Below, one piece after another: positions 50,444 through 60,408 of a stretch of DNA of 64,000 nt. This DNA is from a virus. A program made the translations under genes and the position numbers. The DNA is taken from the IMG/VR virus record IMGVR_UViG_3300036790_000500, positions 1 to 64,000 of that record, one strand, 5' to 3'. Position 1 is the first letter of the stretch. Every line of letters starts with the position of its first letter. Under the pieces are notes generated by a model. It saw only the letters and a program-made list of their open reading frames with translations. It had not been told where the DNA came from and ran no database searches.

Positions 50444-50751
50444 TGATTCTGCTCGCTTGCTCCGTCGCATTGAACGTCGGCCTGGCTTTTCTCCTAGTTC
50501 GAATCGGTCGTCGACTACTGCAGTTCGATGAGGCCCTAGCGATTCTCACCGAGCCGATGCAGGACTACGCGGAGTACCTGAAGAAAGTGATGGACGCAGA
50601 GGGCGTGCTTCATGACAGTCCTGAGATTGTAGCCTTCCATAAGGCGAATCGAAACGCACTGAAACTGATTGAGGGAGTCATCCAGGAGTCCTTCGCCGAT
50701 AGGCCCAAGAAGCCGCGGCTGTCTAAGCTTCCCCGACCAGTCGTGAGGTGA
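50443..50751 (+). CDS. membrane-anchored hypothetical protein
   Basis: N-terminal TM segment. Confidence 0.7.
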   Translation: MILLACSVALNVGLAFLLVRIGRRLLQFDEALAILTEPMQDYAEYLKKVMDAEGVLHDSPEIVAFHKANRNALKLIEGVIQESFADRPKKPRLSKLPRPVVR

Positions 50752-50755
50752 CGCA

Positions 50756-51430
50756 ATGCCAATGTACTTCGGCCCCGAGGTCGACGCCAAGATATCGGAA
50801 TACGTCAAGGAGACTGACGTCCCCACGAAGAACAAGATTTTCGAAGACAGCATCCGACCGGCGCTGCTCAAACTAATCGAGAGTCAACTCTACATGTACG
50901 GGTTCTATAAGATTGATGACCCGGACATGCTCAAGAACGAGTGCCTGTCAAACCTATACGAGATTCTTCCCAAGTTCGACCCAAACAAGGGCAAGAAGGC
51001 CTTCTCGTACTTCAATGTCGTCGTCAAGAACTGGTTCATCTGGAAGATTCGCGACAAGAACAAGCGGCTAAGGCAGCAGTCTGAGAACTTCTACGGCATC
51101 GACCACGACGTCGTCCGCAACGACCCATCGCTGATATCCGCCTCACACGAGGATAACATCGTAGATGCGGAGTTCCTGCTCTCTCTTCATCGGGACATGG
51201 ACAAGTGGCGACCGCTCCTTCAGAAGGACCAGGAACGAAAGGTCCTGGATGCCATTCGGTTTCTCCTTCAGAATCCAGACCTGGTGACTATCTTTAACAA
51301 GAAGGCCGTCTTCTTTTACATTCGTGAAATCACGGGGTTGACCATGAAGCAGGTCAACCATAACATGAATAGATTGAGGGCCTTATACTCGGAGTTCCGA
51401 GAGAGGTTCCACAGTGGGGAAGAAGAGTGA
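50756..51430 (+). CDS. phage sigma-factor-like protein (probable late sigma)
   Basis: KFDPNKGKKAFSYF region-2-like motif; C-terminal HTH-like IREITGLT.KQV. Confidence 0.7.
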   Translation: MPMYFGPEVDAKISEYVKETDVPTKNKIFEDSIRPALLKLIESQLYMYGFYKIDDPDMLKNECLSNLYEILPKFDPNKGKKAFSYFNVVVKNWFIWKIRDKNKRLRQQSENFYGIDHDVVRNDPSLISASHEDNIVDAEFLLSLHRDMDKWRPLLQKDQERKVLDAIRFLLQNPDLVTIFNKKAVFFYIREITGLTMKQVNHNMNRLRALYSEFRERFHSGEEE

Positions 51431-51728
51431 AAAGGACTTGCTTGCAGAGAAGGTCGCCAAGGTCCTCGCCGATGCAGGCGACGACCGCGACCGAATCTCA
51501 AAGTTTCTCGACGACCTAATCAACTCGGTCTCGGGAACCGAGGTCATTGGCATCGCGGAGTACGTCTCTAAGATTGCTGACGCTCTGACACGGCAAAACC
51601 AACTCCGCGTGGCCGCCCTCAAGGTGGAGCAGAAGGCCGGCGCGGCTGTATCTGATGATGACTCCGATGACATCGCTGGCGAGATTGGTCTGCCGTTCGA
51701 GCAGGAACTCGATGAGAGTTCGAACTGA
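51414..51728 (+). CDS. hypothetical protein
   Basis: In operon. Confidence 0.65.
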   Translation: MGKKSEKDLLAEKVAKVLADAGDDRDRISKFLDDLINSVSGTEVIGIAEYVSKIADALTRQNQLRVAALKVEQKAGAAVSDDDSDDIAGEIGLPFEQELDESSN

Positions 51729-51886
51729 TGGTGGACCGCTCCCGCGTCGATAGGTTGCAGAAGATTGCCATCGAGATGGACGAGATTGTCCGTGAGATAG
51801 GTCCGAAATGGATTAAGTTGGCTCACCTTCGTAAGGAGAGCCAATCGATAATGGAGGAGTTGAGGGACGATGCCGAAAAGTTTTGA
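51728..51886 (+). CDS. small coiled-coil protein (below ORF-track cut-off)
   Basis: TGATG coupling; 52 aa MVDRSRVDRL... Confidence 0.55.
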   Translation: MVDRSRVDRLQKIAIEMDEIVREIGPKWIKLAHLRKESQSIMEELRDDAEKF

Positions 51887-52469
51887 TTGGTATCGTCGGC
51901 CCGAACTCATCATCGCGGACCTGGTGCAGCGCGCCGGTCGCGGCGAACTCGAGGGTCGTCGGCAGTATTATCGTGCCGTCGTACTCGCGGTGGACCTTGA
52001 GGGAGGACTGCTTCAGAACAAGGGCGGCTCCGGTTCAATCACTGTGAAGCGCTCCGACGGGTCCTCCCAGACGTATAGCGCCGCTCCAGGGCTCGAGAAC
52101 CCACGCGGTTCCGTGAAGGCCCGGATTCTAACTGATGGGTTCGACCGCCTCATCACGGACGATGAGACTCGGGTCTTCTGGCCCATGTTTCCCACCGACC
52201 AGTTGGGCGTTCCCGTGGCTCCCGGTGAACACGTCTACGTGACCTTCGAAGGGAAGGGGACTGAGCACGGCCTCTGGCTCTCGCGGGTGTCTGGACAGGA
52301 CTCCGCAGGCAGTTTTCAAGGCGTCGATTCGTACACGGCCCCCTCTGCGCAACAGAGCGCGATGGACAACTTCGAACCGAATGACCCAGAGTACCAGCGA
52401 ACGGACGCGTCGGCCGGCATGGCCCCAGGGGTGAGTGCCATGCGGTTCTTCGACGGCGGAGACGACTAA
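51870..52469 (+). CDS. baseplate hub/spike N-terminal OB-fold-like protein
   Basis: P.FP.....PVAPGEHV.V pattern; position before baseplate genes. Confidence 0.55.
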   Translation: MPKSFDWYRRPELIIADLVQRAGRGELEGRRQYYRAVVLAVDLEGGLLQNKGGSGSITVKRSDGSSQTYSAAPGLENPRGSVKARILTDGFDRLITDDETRVFWPMFPTDQLGVPVAPGEHVYVTFEGKGTEHGLWLSRVSGQDSAGSFQGVDSYTAPSAQQSAMDNFEPNDPEYQRTDASAGMAPGVSAMRFFDGGDD

Positions 52470-53047
52470 TGGGACAGGACATGGTCTACGAGGTCGTTCC
52501 GAGGCTGCAACGTCGAGTGGGTGACGCGGTCCTGGCCAACCAGAACAATGCGACTATTCTTCTCGGTCGTGACCGCCCGGGAGGCGTCGACAGCGGCTAC
52601 GGCAGCGGTCCTGGAGCGGGGGCCGTTCATGCGATTGCGGGACGAGCGAACGCCGATGACCCCTCCATCGCTGACGATTCCGTCACGCTTTATCTGTCTG
52701 CGAAGTCAGACCCGGACGACAACTCAGGAACGACCTCCGTGGGAACCGCGGTTAAGGGCGTGCCCACGGCCGTCCTGCGGGCTGACTGCGTCCGCATCGT
52801 GCCGCGCCGCGACTTCAAACTCTCAGTCGGCTCAGCATACCTCATCATGCAGAGCGACGGTACGGTCGTGATTGAGGGAAACGTTTCACTCGGAGTGGGT
52901 GCCGCCCAGCGGCTCATCCGCGGCGACCTCTTCAACCTAGCGTTCGCGGCCCACACCCACGTGTCCGCGGCCCCAGGAAACCCGACTTCGCCACCGACAG
53001 CCCCCCTTCCGGACTCCCTCTTCAGTTCTAAAGTCCTGGTCTTCTAA
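52469..53047 (+). CDS. baseplate spike (gpV/gp5 C-terminal-like)
   Basis: C-terminal HTH metal motif followed by PTSPP. Confidence 0.7.
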   Translation: MGQDMVYEVVPRLQRRVGDAVLANQNNATILLGRDRPGGVDSGYGSGPGAGAVHAIAGRANADDPSIADDSVTLYLSAKSDPDDNSGTTSVGTAVKGVPTAVLRADCVRIVPRRDFKLSVGSAYLIMQSDGTVVIEGNVSLGVGAAQRLIRGDLFNLAFAAHTHVSAAPGNPTSPPTAPLPDSLFSSKVLVF

Positions 53048-53096
53048 GGCAGTAGAGCCGCCTCGGCTTTGCTGAGGCGCCGCTACCTATAGCCTG

Positions 53097-53483
53097 ATGA
53101 GTTACGGAGTTTCCTTTCCGCTCGCCTATGCGACCGGTTCGGTCGGTTACCTAGAGCCAACAAACGACATCGTTTCGGCCCTTCAGTCGAACGTCCGTTG
53201 CCTCCTCCTCACCAACTGGGGAGAGCGCGTCATGCACGCGGACATGGGTGGCAACTTCCGCGGCTTTCTGTTCGAACCGATGACGAACACCCTGCGCGCC
53301 GCCGTCGCCGCTCGGGTCAAGCAGCAACTATCCAAGTGGCTGCCGTTCCTTACCCTGACAGGCCTCACCGTCACGTTCTCCTCTGAGGACGCCTCGATTT
53401 CCGACCCTGGGTTTCGCGTCGAGATGGCAATGTCGTACGGCAACGTGCCCGTCAACCTCTCCCTGCTCTATCCGCCCTCCTGA
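53097..53483 (+). CDS. baseplate wedge gp25-like protein
   Basis: LLLT..GERVM....G....LFEP...WLP. Confidence 0.88.
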   Translation: MSYGVSFPLAYATGSVGYLEPTNDIVSALQSNVRCLLLTNWGERVMHADMGGNFRGFLFEPMTNTLRAAVAARVKQQLSKWLPFLTLTGLTVTFSSEDASISDPGFRVEMAMSYGNVPVNLSLLYPPS

Positions 53484-53491
53484 GGTCACCG

Positions 53492-55327
53492 ATGGCAAGC
53501 ACTCCCGCACCGCCGAACGTCTATAAGCAGCGCATCGTCAGCCTCCTCAACCGTGACTTCCGCTCGTTCAAGCGGGACCTCCTCACGTACAGTTCGGCCT
53601 ATGCCACGGCGTCCTTCTCGGACTACAACGAGTCCTCGCCAGGCATGTCCTTTCTGGAGATGGGTGCGTACATCGGCGACGGTCTGAGTTACATGCTCGA
53701 CCAGGCGTTCAATGAGGGCACCGACGCCGCGACGCAGATGAAGAACGTCCAGGCCAACGCTAAGATGCGCGGCTATCGACCGCTCGGCAAGCGTCCCTCG
53801 GTCGGTCAACTTGCCTGGGCCGTCGAGGTTCCGGCCACCGTCGACAACACGGGGGCCGTGGTTCCCGACGACAGTTACACGCCGGCGCTTCTCAAGGGCT
53901 CACAAGCCATATCCCAGAATGGAACGCCGTTCGAGACCCTTGCTGACGTCTACTTCACCGCTTCACTCGGGAGAATGGTGACCGGTTCGGCCTTTGACCC
54001 GACCACCGGTGTGCCGACCTCGTTCGCAATTCAATGCACAGTGGACGTGGTGGCCGGCAAGACCGTCACTGACTCCGTTGCAGTCACCGACTTTCAGCAG
54101 TTCCGGCGCATCGACCTCGGACAGACGGACGTCATTGAGGTGATTGACGTCTTCGACAGCCAGGGCAACGAGTGGTACGAGGTCGACTACCTCGCGCAGG
54201 ACTGGGTCTTCGTCGCTGAGACGAACACCAACGATGACTCCGACACCGTTCCGTACGTAATGAAACTCCAGACGGCGCCGTATCGCTTCGTCATCGACCG
54301 CGACATCACGACGGGCGTCTCCACGTTGGTGTTTGGGTCCGGAGACGGTCTGAACTTCGACGATGAGTTGGTCCCGAACGTGGGGTCATATGCCTTGCCG
54401 CTGGCTGGGAGACAGACCTATAGCACCTTCTCCATAGACCCCCAGAACTTCCTGCGAACGAGAAGCCTGGGGCTCTCACCGCACAACACGACCCTGACGA
54501 TAAACTACCGCGTCGGCGGCGGCTCGGCCACCAACGTCCCCGCTCGTTCCGTGCGTCAGGCCTCGAACGCCGTCCTGTCGTTCCCGAGTACGAACCTGAA
54601 CACCACCACACTCGGTGCAGTAGAGGGTTCAATCGGGTGCCTCAACCTCGCGTCCATGACGGGCGGCGGTGAGTCCGAGACCATTCGAGAAATCAAGGCC
54701 AATGCCGCGGCCTTCTTCGCTGCCCAGAACAGAATCGTGACCCGCGAGGACATCATCGCGCGAGCCTACTCGATTCCGGCCCCGTTCGGCATGCCGGCCC
54801 GTGTCTATGCAAAGCCGAGCCTGAGCGGCCGGTATGCGTTCGACCTGCACATGCTCTCGTACGACAGCACCGGAAACCTGGTCGTGGCCACGCCGACCCT
54901 GAAGTCGAACATGGCCACCTACCTCAGTAAGTTCAAAATGCTGACGGACGGAATCAACATCCTTGACGCGGACATCCTAGACCTGCGGGTCTACTTCGGC
55001 GTGACGGTCACGGCGGGCTCGAACGCCTCCCAGGTGCTCTTGAACTGCACGAACGCCTTGACCAGTTACTTCGCTCAGGGAAACCTCCAGATAGGTCAGC
55101 CGATTGTCGTGTCTAACGTCGTCGCCGTCCTCGACGGCCAGACCGGCGTCCAGGCGGTGACCGACGTCTCGTTCACGAACGTCTACGGCATCACCGATGG
55201 GCTCCAGTACTCGGACGACCGCTTTAACATCTCCCAAAACCTGCAGAACGGCATGCTGGTCTGTCCCCCTGAGGCGACCTTCCAGGTCAAGTTTCCCACG
55301 AAGGACATAGTCGGGAGCGCTTCGTGA
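53492..55327 (+). CDS. baseplate wedge protein (gp6/J-like)
   Basis: NRDF, DYNESSPGM, YRVGGG...NV, GG...E, QNRIVT.ED. Confidence 0.88.
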   Translation: MASTPAPPNVYKQRIVSLLNRDFRSFKRDLLTYSSAYATASFSDYNESSPGMSFLEMGAYIGDGLSYMLDQAFNEGTDAATQMKNVQANAKMRGYRPLGKRPSVGQLAWAVEVPATVDNTGAVVPDDSYTPALLKGSQAISQNGTPFETLADVYFTASLGRMVTGSAFDPTTGVPTSFAIQCTVDVVAGKTVTDSVAVTDFQQFRRIDLGQTDVIEVIDVFDSQGNEWYEVDYLAQDWVFVAETNTNDDSDTVPYVMKLQTAPYRFVIDRDITTGVSTLVFGSGDGLNFDDELVPNVGSYALPLAGRQTYSTFSIDPQNFLRTRSLGLSPHNTTLTINYRVGGGSATNVPARSVRQASNAVLSFPSTNLNTTTLGAVEGSIGCLNLASMTGGGESETIREIKANAAAFFAAQNRIVTREDIIARAYSIPAPFGMPARVYAKPSLSGRYAFDLHMLSYDSTGNLVVATPTLKSNMATYLSKFKMLTDGINILDADILDLRVYFGVTVTAGSNASQVLLNCTNALTSYFAQGNLQIGQPIVVSNVVAVLDGQTGVQAVTDVSFTNVYGITDGLQYSDDRFNISQNLQNGMLVCPPEATFQVKFPTKDIVGSAS

Positions 55328-56685
55328 TTTACAGAATTTATCCAACGGCCGACACGTTCCTAACGGACAACTACGTCTACCCGAACTACACCCCGATGAC
55401 CGGCGCGAACGTGGGTGCCGCTCCTGAGTTGCAGGTCTTCAAGCGAGCGGGGGTTTCGGGCGCGGTCGGTTCAATCGGTTCATCGAGCCTCGGTCGAATC
55501 CTGATGCAGTTCGACCTAACCCAGTTTTGTTCATTGACCGGTTCCGGCGACCTCCCCTCGAACGGCACGTTCACGCTGCAACTGAACCACAAGACGACCG
55601 GCGGCCGCCGTCCCACGAGTTTTGACCTCGTCGTGAGTCCGGTCCAGGCTCCATGGGACGAGGGCTCGGGCCAGGACGTTGAGCAACTCCAAGACGCAGG
55701 CTGGGCGAACTGGACGATGCGTGATTCCCAGAACTACTGGGGCACGCCGGGCGGCGACTTCTGGACCGACATCACCGCCTCCCAGCACTTCGATACGGGC
55801 CTTGAAGACCTCAGCGTCGATGTCACCTCGATGGTTGGAGACTGGCTGGGGAGCGAGTTCGCCAACTACGGCTTCGGGATTATGCTTACCTCGTCCATTG
55901 AGTCGAACTCGGTGTACATCGACTACTACAAGAAGGTCTTCTATGCGCGTGAAACGCAATACCAGGACCGCGCCCCATATCTCGAGTATCGAGCCAATGA
56001 CTTCACTCATGACGACCGTGTGAACGCGCAGTGGGGCCAACCGGTCACCCTGTACCTGTATAACGTCATCGGCGGCGTCTTTGCAGACATCCCGCAGCCG
56101 ATTCTGATGTCCGTCTCGGACGCCTCTGGAACCCTAACGAGCGTCACCGCAAGCCGCGGACTCGTTCCCGGGGTGTATAGCGCCTCCTTCGTGTTGCCCA
56201 CTGGCTCCTATAGCGGCTCTGTCTTCTATGACTTATGGGGTAGCGGTTCGTACGCCTATTCCACTGGAACGTTCTCCCTCGTGGGTGGACTGCCCATCAA
56301 CTCGATTCAACGCCCGCAACTCACGGCTCGGGTCCGGAACCTCCAAGACGAGTACTCCTGTGAGGACTCGCCTGTCTTGGAGGTGTTCTTTCGGAAGCGT
56401 CCATTGACGGTCCAGGTCGTGCAGACGGCCTCGCTCAGTCCAACTCCGTACATCGTGGAGCACGGCTACTGGGCCATTGAGAACGACAGCACCGGCCAAC
56501 GGGTGATTCCGTTCGGGACCGGTTCGCTCCAAGAGACGCGCCTCTCGTACGGGGCTGACGGCAACCAGTTTCGGCTCTTCATGTCAAACCTGCACGCAGG
56601 CAACGCCTACCGGGTCCTCTTCCTCGTGAACGACAACGGGGCCCAGCAGGTCATTGACAATCAGATTCTCTTCAAAGTCGTGTGA
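55324..56685 (+). CDS. virion structural protein (DNRLRE-like beta-sandwich)
   Basis: WDEG.G, DVT..V..W, NYGF, FY.RE...P.LE. Confidence 0.65.
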   Translation: MIYRIYPTADTFLTDNYVYPNYTPMTGANVGAAPELQVFKRAGVSGAVGSIGSSSLGRILMQFDLTQFCSLTGSGDLPSNGTFTLQLNHKTTGGRRPTSFDLVVSPVQAPWDEGSGQDVEQLQDAGWANWTMRDSQNYWGTPGGDFWTDITASQHFDTGLEDLSVDVTSMVGDWLGSEFANYGFGIMLTSSIESNSVYIDYYKKVFYARETQYQDRAPYLEYRANDFTHDDRVNAQWGQPVTLYLYNVIGGVFADIPQPILMSVSDASGTLTSVTASRGLVPGVYSASFVLPTGSYSGSVFYDLWGSGSYAYSTGTFSLVGGLPINSIQRPQLTARVRNLQDEYSCEDSPVLEVFFRKRPLTVQVVQTASLSPTPYIVEHGYWAIENDSTGQRVIPFGTGSLQETRLSYGADGNQFRLFMSNLHAGNAYRVLFLVNDNGAQQVIDNQILFKVV

Positions 56686-56690
56686 GTTAA

Positions 56691-59615
56691 GTGACCGACA
56701 TCTTTCAACTCTTTGATGGCACGATGGGCGCGGGTGCGGCCGCGTCCGTCTCTAATCAAAGCGCCGGTTCGTTCTCAAGTGTCACGACCGATAACGACCT
56801 CATCTCGACGCTGGCCTCCGGCAGCGACGCGGTGTCCCTGCTCGTCGATTACTCAGACTTCGCGAACTTCGTCACGTTCAACTCAGCCCAGAGTTACGTG
56901 ACCGTGACGGCCGACCAGGTCGTCAATGAGTATCCGATGGGCGGCTCCGCCAACGACCTGCAGGTCTTCATCAACTCGCTGGACGGGTACCAACAGTACT
57001 TTCTGACGAATTGGCCGTCATGGGCCGGTCACCTGCGGCTGAACCCCGCCGTCTCCGCGTCGTACGTCAGCATCTCTGACAACGGAGTCCAGGACGGCGT
57101 GGCCCGAACGGCCATGCTCAGTCCCGGTACCGGGTCAATCACCGTCCAGGCGTGGATTGATGTGCCGGTCCTGACCGGGAGCAGCGACGTGCAGGTGGTC
57201 TTTCAGAAGGCCGCTCCCGGTGGGACTGACGGCTATACCGCCTTCGTCTCCGGCTCAGCGGTCTACTTCCAGGTCTCGTCCGGCTCTACGCTGGCGACGG
57301 TCTCGGGTTCCCTATCGCTGATGCCGTCGTTCTTCTCGGCCGTCCTCGACCGCGGCTCTGCGACGGGTTCACTCTCGATGTACGTCGGTACCTCGGGCAC
57401 GTACCCGGTCCGCACCGACTTCACGTCGGTGCTCCTCGGGTCTCGCTTCGACCTCGCGTCCGGCTCGTTCTACATCGGCTCCGGCTCAGTGGTGAGTAAG
57501 GTCGTGCGACCGTTCACGGGCTCGTTGGACGACGTCAGCGCATGGTTCATTCCGCGGGCCTGCCAGGACATCACCGGCTCGTACAACAGGAGAACGTTCG
57601 CGCAGTACGGACTAACGGGGCTTTGGCGTTTCAATGACGCATCACCGAGTACACCGTCCGTCATCGGCGGAGTAATTCACGATTCGTCCGGTAACAGGCT
57701 GGACGGCCGAGTCCAGATGTACTTCTCGGGTTCCAGGGGCTCGGGGTCGCTGACCAACGATTCGGTCGACCCAATTCTCTCGTTGGATGACCCGACCGTC
57801 GTGAGTTACGTCGTGAACGCGCAGGTCACCGGCGCTCTCTACGACCGAAATAACCAGAGTTTAATCTTCAACCTCTTTCCGGACGCGTTCTCGAGCGTCG
57901 ACCCCGCGTCACAAGCGGTGTTCGAGAGTTTTACGTTGATTCTGGCACGGCACTACGACCGGCTCAAACTCTACATTACGCAACTGCCGAACCTTCGTCG
58001 GGTGAACTACGACGAGTTCGACCAGGCACCGGACGAACTGCTGGACCAGGTCGGCGACTTCATGGGTTGGAACCTCCAGGGCAGTTTCGTGACGACTGAC
58101 GCCCTGAAGTACTTCCTCGGTCGAAACGTGACCCTTGGGCCCGAGGGCAACGCTCCGCTCGACACTCAACTCTTCGACATCAAGGCCCAGTTCTGGCGTC
58201 GAGTGCTGCAGAACCTGGTGTATCTGTACAAGACGAAGGGAACCCGAGAGGGCGTTGAGGCCCTGATGCGGGCCTATGGCGTCGATGATAACTTCGTTCG
58301 TCTGAAGGAGTACTCGAATCGAAACGAGCAGCAACTCGTTCTCAATCGAGTAGAAGCCGAGAAAAGCGTGTTCGCGCTTCAGGTCTCCGGGTCCGTGGCC
58401 GTCTCAGCGGCGGCGTTAAACTCCTCGCTTACGTCCGACCGCGGCGACTTCTCAATCGAGGCCCGCGTGCGGTTTCCTCTCCCGGATGATGACCTGATGC
58501 CGCCGACGCAACTGTCGGGGGTCATTGCGTCGCTCTCCTCTGGCTCATCGGCGGTCTCCGTCTGGTACAGCAAGCCCCTGGCCACGTCGCTCACCGGAAA
58601 CATCTACGTCTCGAGTTCCGCGGGAGTTCTGCAACTCACGTCGGCGTCCGTGTTCGACGATAACTTCTACAACCTGAGCGTGGTTCGCGAACACGTCACC
58701 GGTACGATGACCCTCGACGCCCGGCGGTACTCGAACGGTGACTTGGTCTTCGTGACCAGTTCCGTGGCCGTGAGCGGGTCCGGAGCCTACCCCGGTTTCG
58801 TTCCGTACACGGGCTTCGCCGTCGGCTCCACGAACACGAACGGTGAGTTTTGGGTACAGGAGACCCGTGCTTGGTCATCCCATCTTCTGGCGGATGAGGT
58901 CGATGCGCATGCGCAACACTTTGAGAGTTACGGGCGCGACGAGAGCCATAGGAACGACGACCTTCGAGTACACTGGCGGCTCGCCGACGGAGCATACGTC
59001 ACCGCGACCGGAGCACTCACCGTTCTAGACTCGACTCCGTACGGCGTCAACGGCTCAGGCACGAACTTCGTCCCTAACACCCAGCCGTTCACGAAGTTCC
59101 TCGTCGACTACGCGTATATTCCGAGCGTCGATTGGAACGGGCAGAAGGTCAGAATCTTCTCTGGCTCGACAATCGACCCGCAGGACGCCTGGCACGACGA
59201 CCGGTTCGTGGCCCTCGAGTTCAACATGTACGACGCTCTAGACGAGGACATCTCTCATCTAATGACCTCGTATCAGGAGTTGAATAACGTGCTCGGTCTT
59301 CCGGTGAATCGGTATCGGGAGGAGTACGAGGGCCTGCAGCAGATGCGGGAGACGTACTTCAAACGGCTCCAAGGCCAACTCAACTTTAGAGTATTTGTGG
59401 ACATGCTGGACTTCTTCGACACGTCATTCGTCACGATTGTGCAGAGGATGCTGCCGGCCCGGGCCCTCTTCAAGGGTGATGAGTTGGTCGTAGAGAGCCA
59501 CATGCTCGAGCGGCCCAAGTACCAGTATCAACTTCGACCCGTCCATGAGGGTCTGATTGACATCTCTGGGTCCATTTCGGTGACGGACCTCTATGATATC
59601 TACTGCTCACGATGA
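56691..59615 (+). CDS. large baseplate/tail protein with LamG-like domains
   Basis: FTGSLDDV..W, LWRFND; WRR.L.NL.YLYKTKGT wedge motif; ESHMLERPK. Confidence 0.78.
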   Translation: MTDIFQLFDGTMGAGAAASVSNQSAGSFSSVTTDNDLISTLASGSDAVSLLVDYSDFANFVTFNSAQSYVTVTADQVVNEYPMGGSANDLQVFINSLDGYQQYFLTNWPSWAGHLRLNPAVSASYVSISDNGVQDGVARTAMLSPGTGSITVQAWIDVPVLTGSSDVQVVFQKAAPGGTDGYTAFVSGSAVYFQVSSGSTLATVSGSLSLMPSFFSAVLDRGSATGSLSMYVGTSGTYPVRTDFTSVLLGSRFDLASGSFYIGSGSVVSKVVRPFTGSLDDVSAWFIPRACQDITGSYNRRTFAQYGLTGLWRFNDASPSTPSVIGGVIHDSSGNRLDGRVQMYFSGSRGSGSLTNDSVDPILSLDDPTVVSYVVNAQVTGALYDRNNQSLIFNLFPDAFSSVDPASQAVFESFTLILARHYDRLKLYITQLPNLRRVNYDEFDQAPDELLDQVGDFMGWNLQGSFVTTDALKYFLGRNVTLGPEGNAPLDTQLFDIKAQFWRRVLQNLVYLYKTKGTREGVEALMRAYGVDDNFVRLKEYSNRNEQQLVLNRVEAEKSVFALQVSGSVAVSAAALNSSLTSDRGDFSIEARVRFPLPDDDLMPPTQLSGVIASLSSGSSAVSVWYSKPLATSLTGNIYVSSSAGVLQLTSASVFDDNFYNLSVVREHVTGTMTLDARRYSNGDLVFVTSSVAVSGSGAYPGFVPYTGFAVGSTNTNGEFWVQETRAWSSHLLADEVDAHAQHFESYGRDESHRNDDLRVHWRLADGAYVTATGALTVLDSTPYGVNGSGTNFVPNTQPFTKFLVDYAYIPSVDWNGQKVRIFSGSTIDPQDAWHDDRFVALEFNMYDALDEDISHLMTSYQELNNVLGLPVNRYREEYEGLQQMRETYFKRLQGQLNFRVFVDMLDFFDTSFVTIVQRMLPARALFKGDELVVESHMLERPKYQYQLRPVHEGLIDISGSISVTDLYDIYCSR

Positions 59616-59648
59616 TGTGGCCATGGGGGCCTAGGTAAAGAAACACAG

Positions 59649-60398
59649 ATGGCAGACAACACCATACTCAACCTCGGAACGGGCGGCGACACCCTTCGCA
59701 CTGAGGACGTCGGCGGCGGCGTCAAGGTTCCCGTTTCGAAGATTCACACGGGAGCCTCGGACGTGGACGGCGGTCCCGTCACGACCGCTAATCCGTTTCC
59801 CGTGCAAGTCGTCTCCGGCTCCCAGACAAGCCTGTTGCAGGGAGGCGTGCTCGCGGGACCCGCGAATCCGATTTCGACGCAGACAGTGTCCGGTTCCCTA
59901 GTCAGTCTGCTACAGGGTGGGCTCGCCGTCTCGGCCGGCAACGCCGTTCCGGTGCAGGTCGAGAATCCGGTGAGCATCACGGCGAACGGAAGCACCGTTT
60001 CGTGGACCGCACAGTTACCGGTCATTGAACCATGCGGCCAGGTCGTCTCCGGTTCAACGGTCTCGACGGTCAACTACGCCTTCGGTGACTTCAGTACGTC
60101 GGGCTCCGCCAATCAACTCGTGGGACAGCAGGGAACAGGCGCAGGCAAGCGCATTCGCGTGCTTTCGGCCGTCCTCTCCTCGGCGAACGCCGTGAACGTA
60201 CGCTTCACGACGGCGAACCCAAACGGTTCGACCGGCAGCATCAGCGGTCAGTTCTTCGTGGCGGCATCGGGCGGCTTCGTCCTGCCCTTCAACCCCCACG
60301 GTTGGTTCCAAACGAACGTCAGCGAGAGCCTGAACGTCGCCACGACGGGTGGCACCGACGTCGGAATCGGAATTACCTGGGTCCTTGCGGGGCAGTAA
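59649..60398 (+). CDS. virion/tail accessory protein
   Basis: ANPFPV-like repeats, GGFVLP.NP.GWF. Confidence 0.7.
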   Translation: MADNTILNLGTGGDTLRTEDVGGGVKVPVSKIHTGASDVDGGPVTTANPFPVQVVSGSQTSLLQGGVLAGPANPISTQTVSGSLVSLLQGGLAVSAGNAVPVQVENPVSITANGSTVSWTAQLPVIEPCGQVVSGSTVSTVNYAFGDFSTSGSANQLVGQQGTGAGKRIRVLSAVLSSANAVNVRFTTANPNGSTGSISGQFFVAASGGFVLPFNPHGWFQTNVSESLNVATTGGTDVGIGITWVLAGQ

Positions 60399-60408
60399 GG
60401 AGTAAGCG

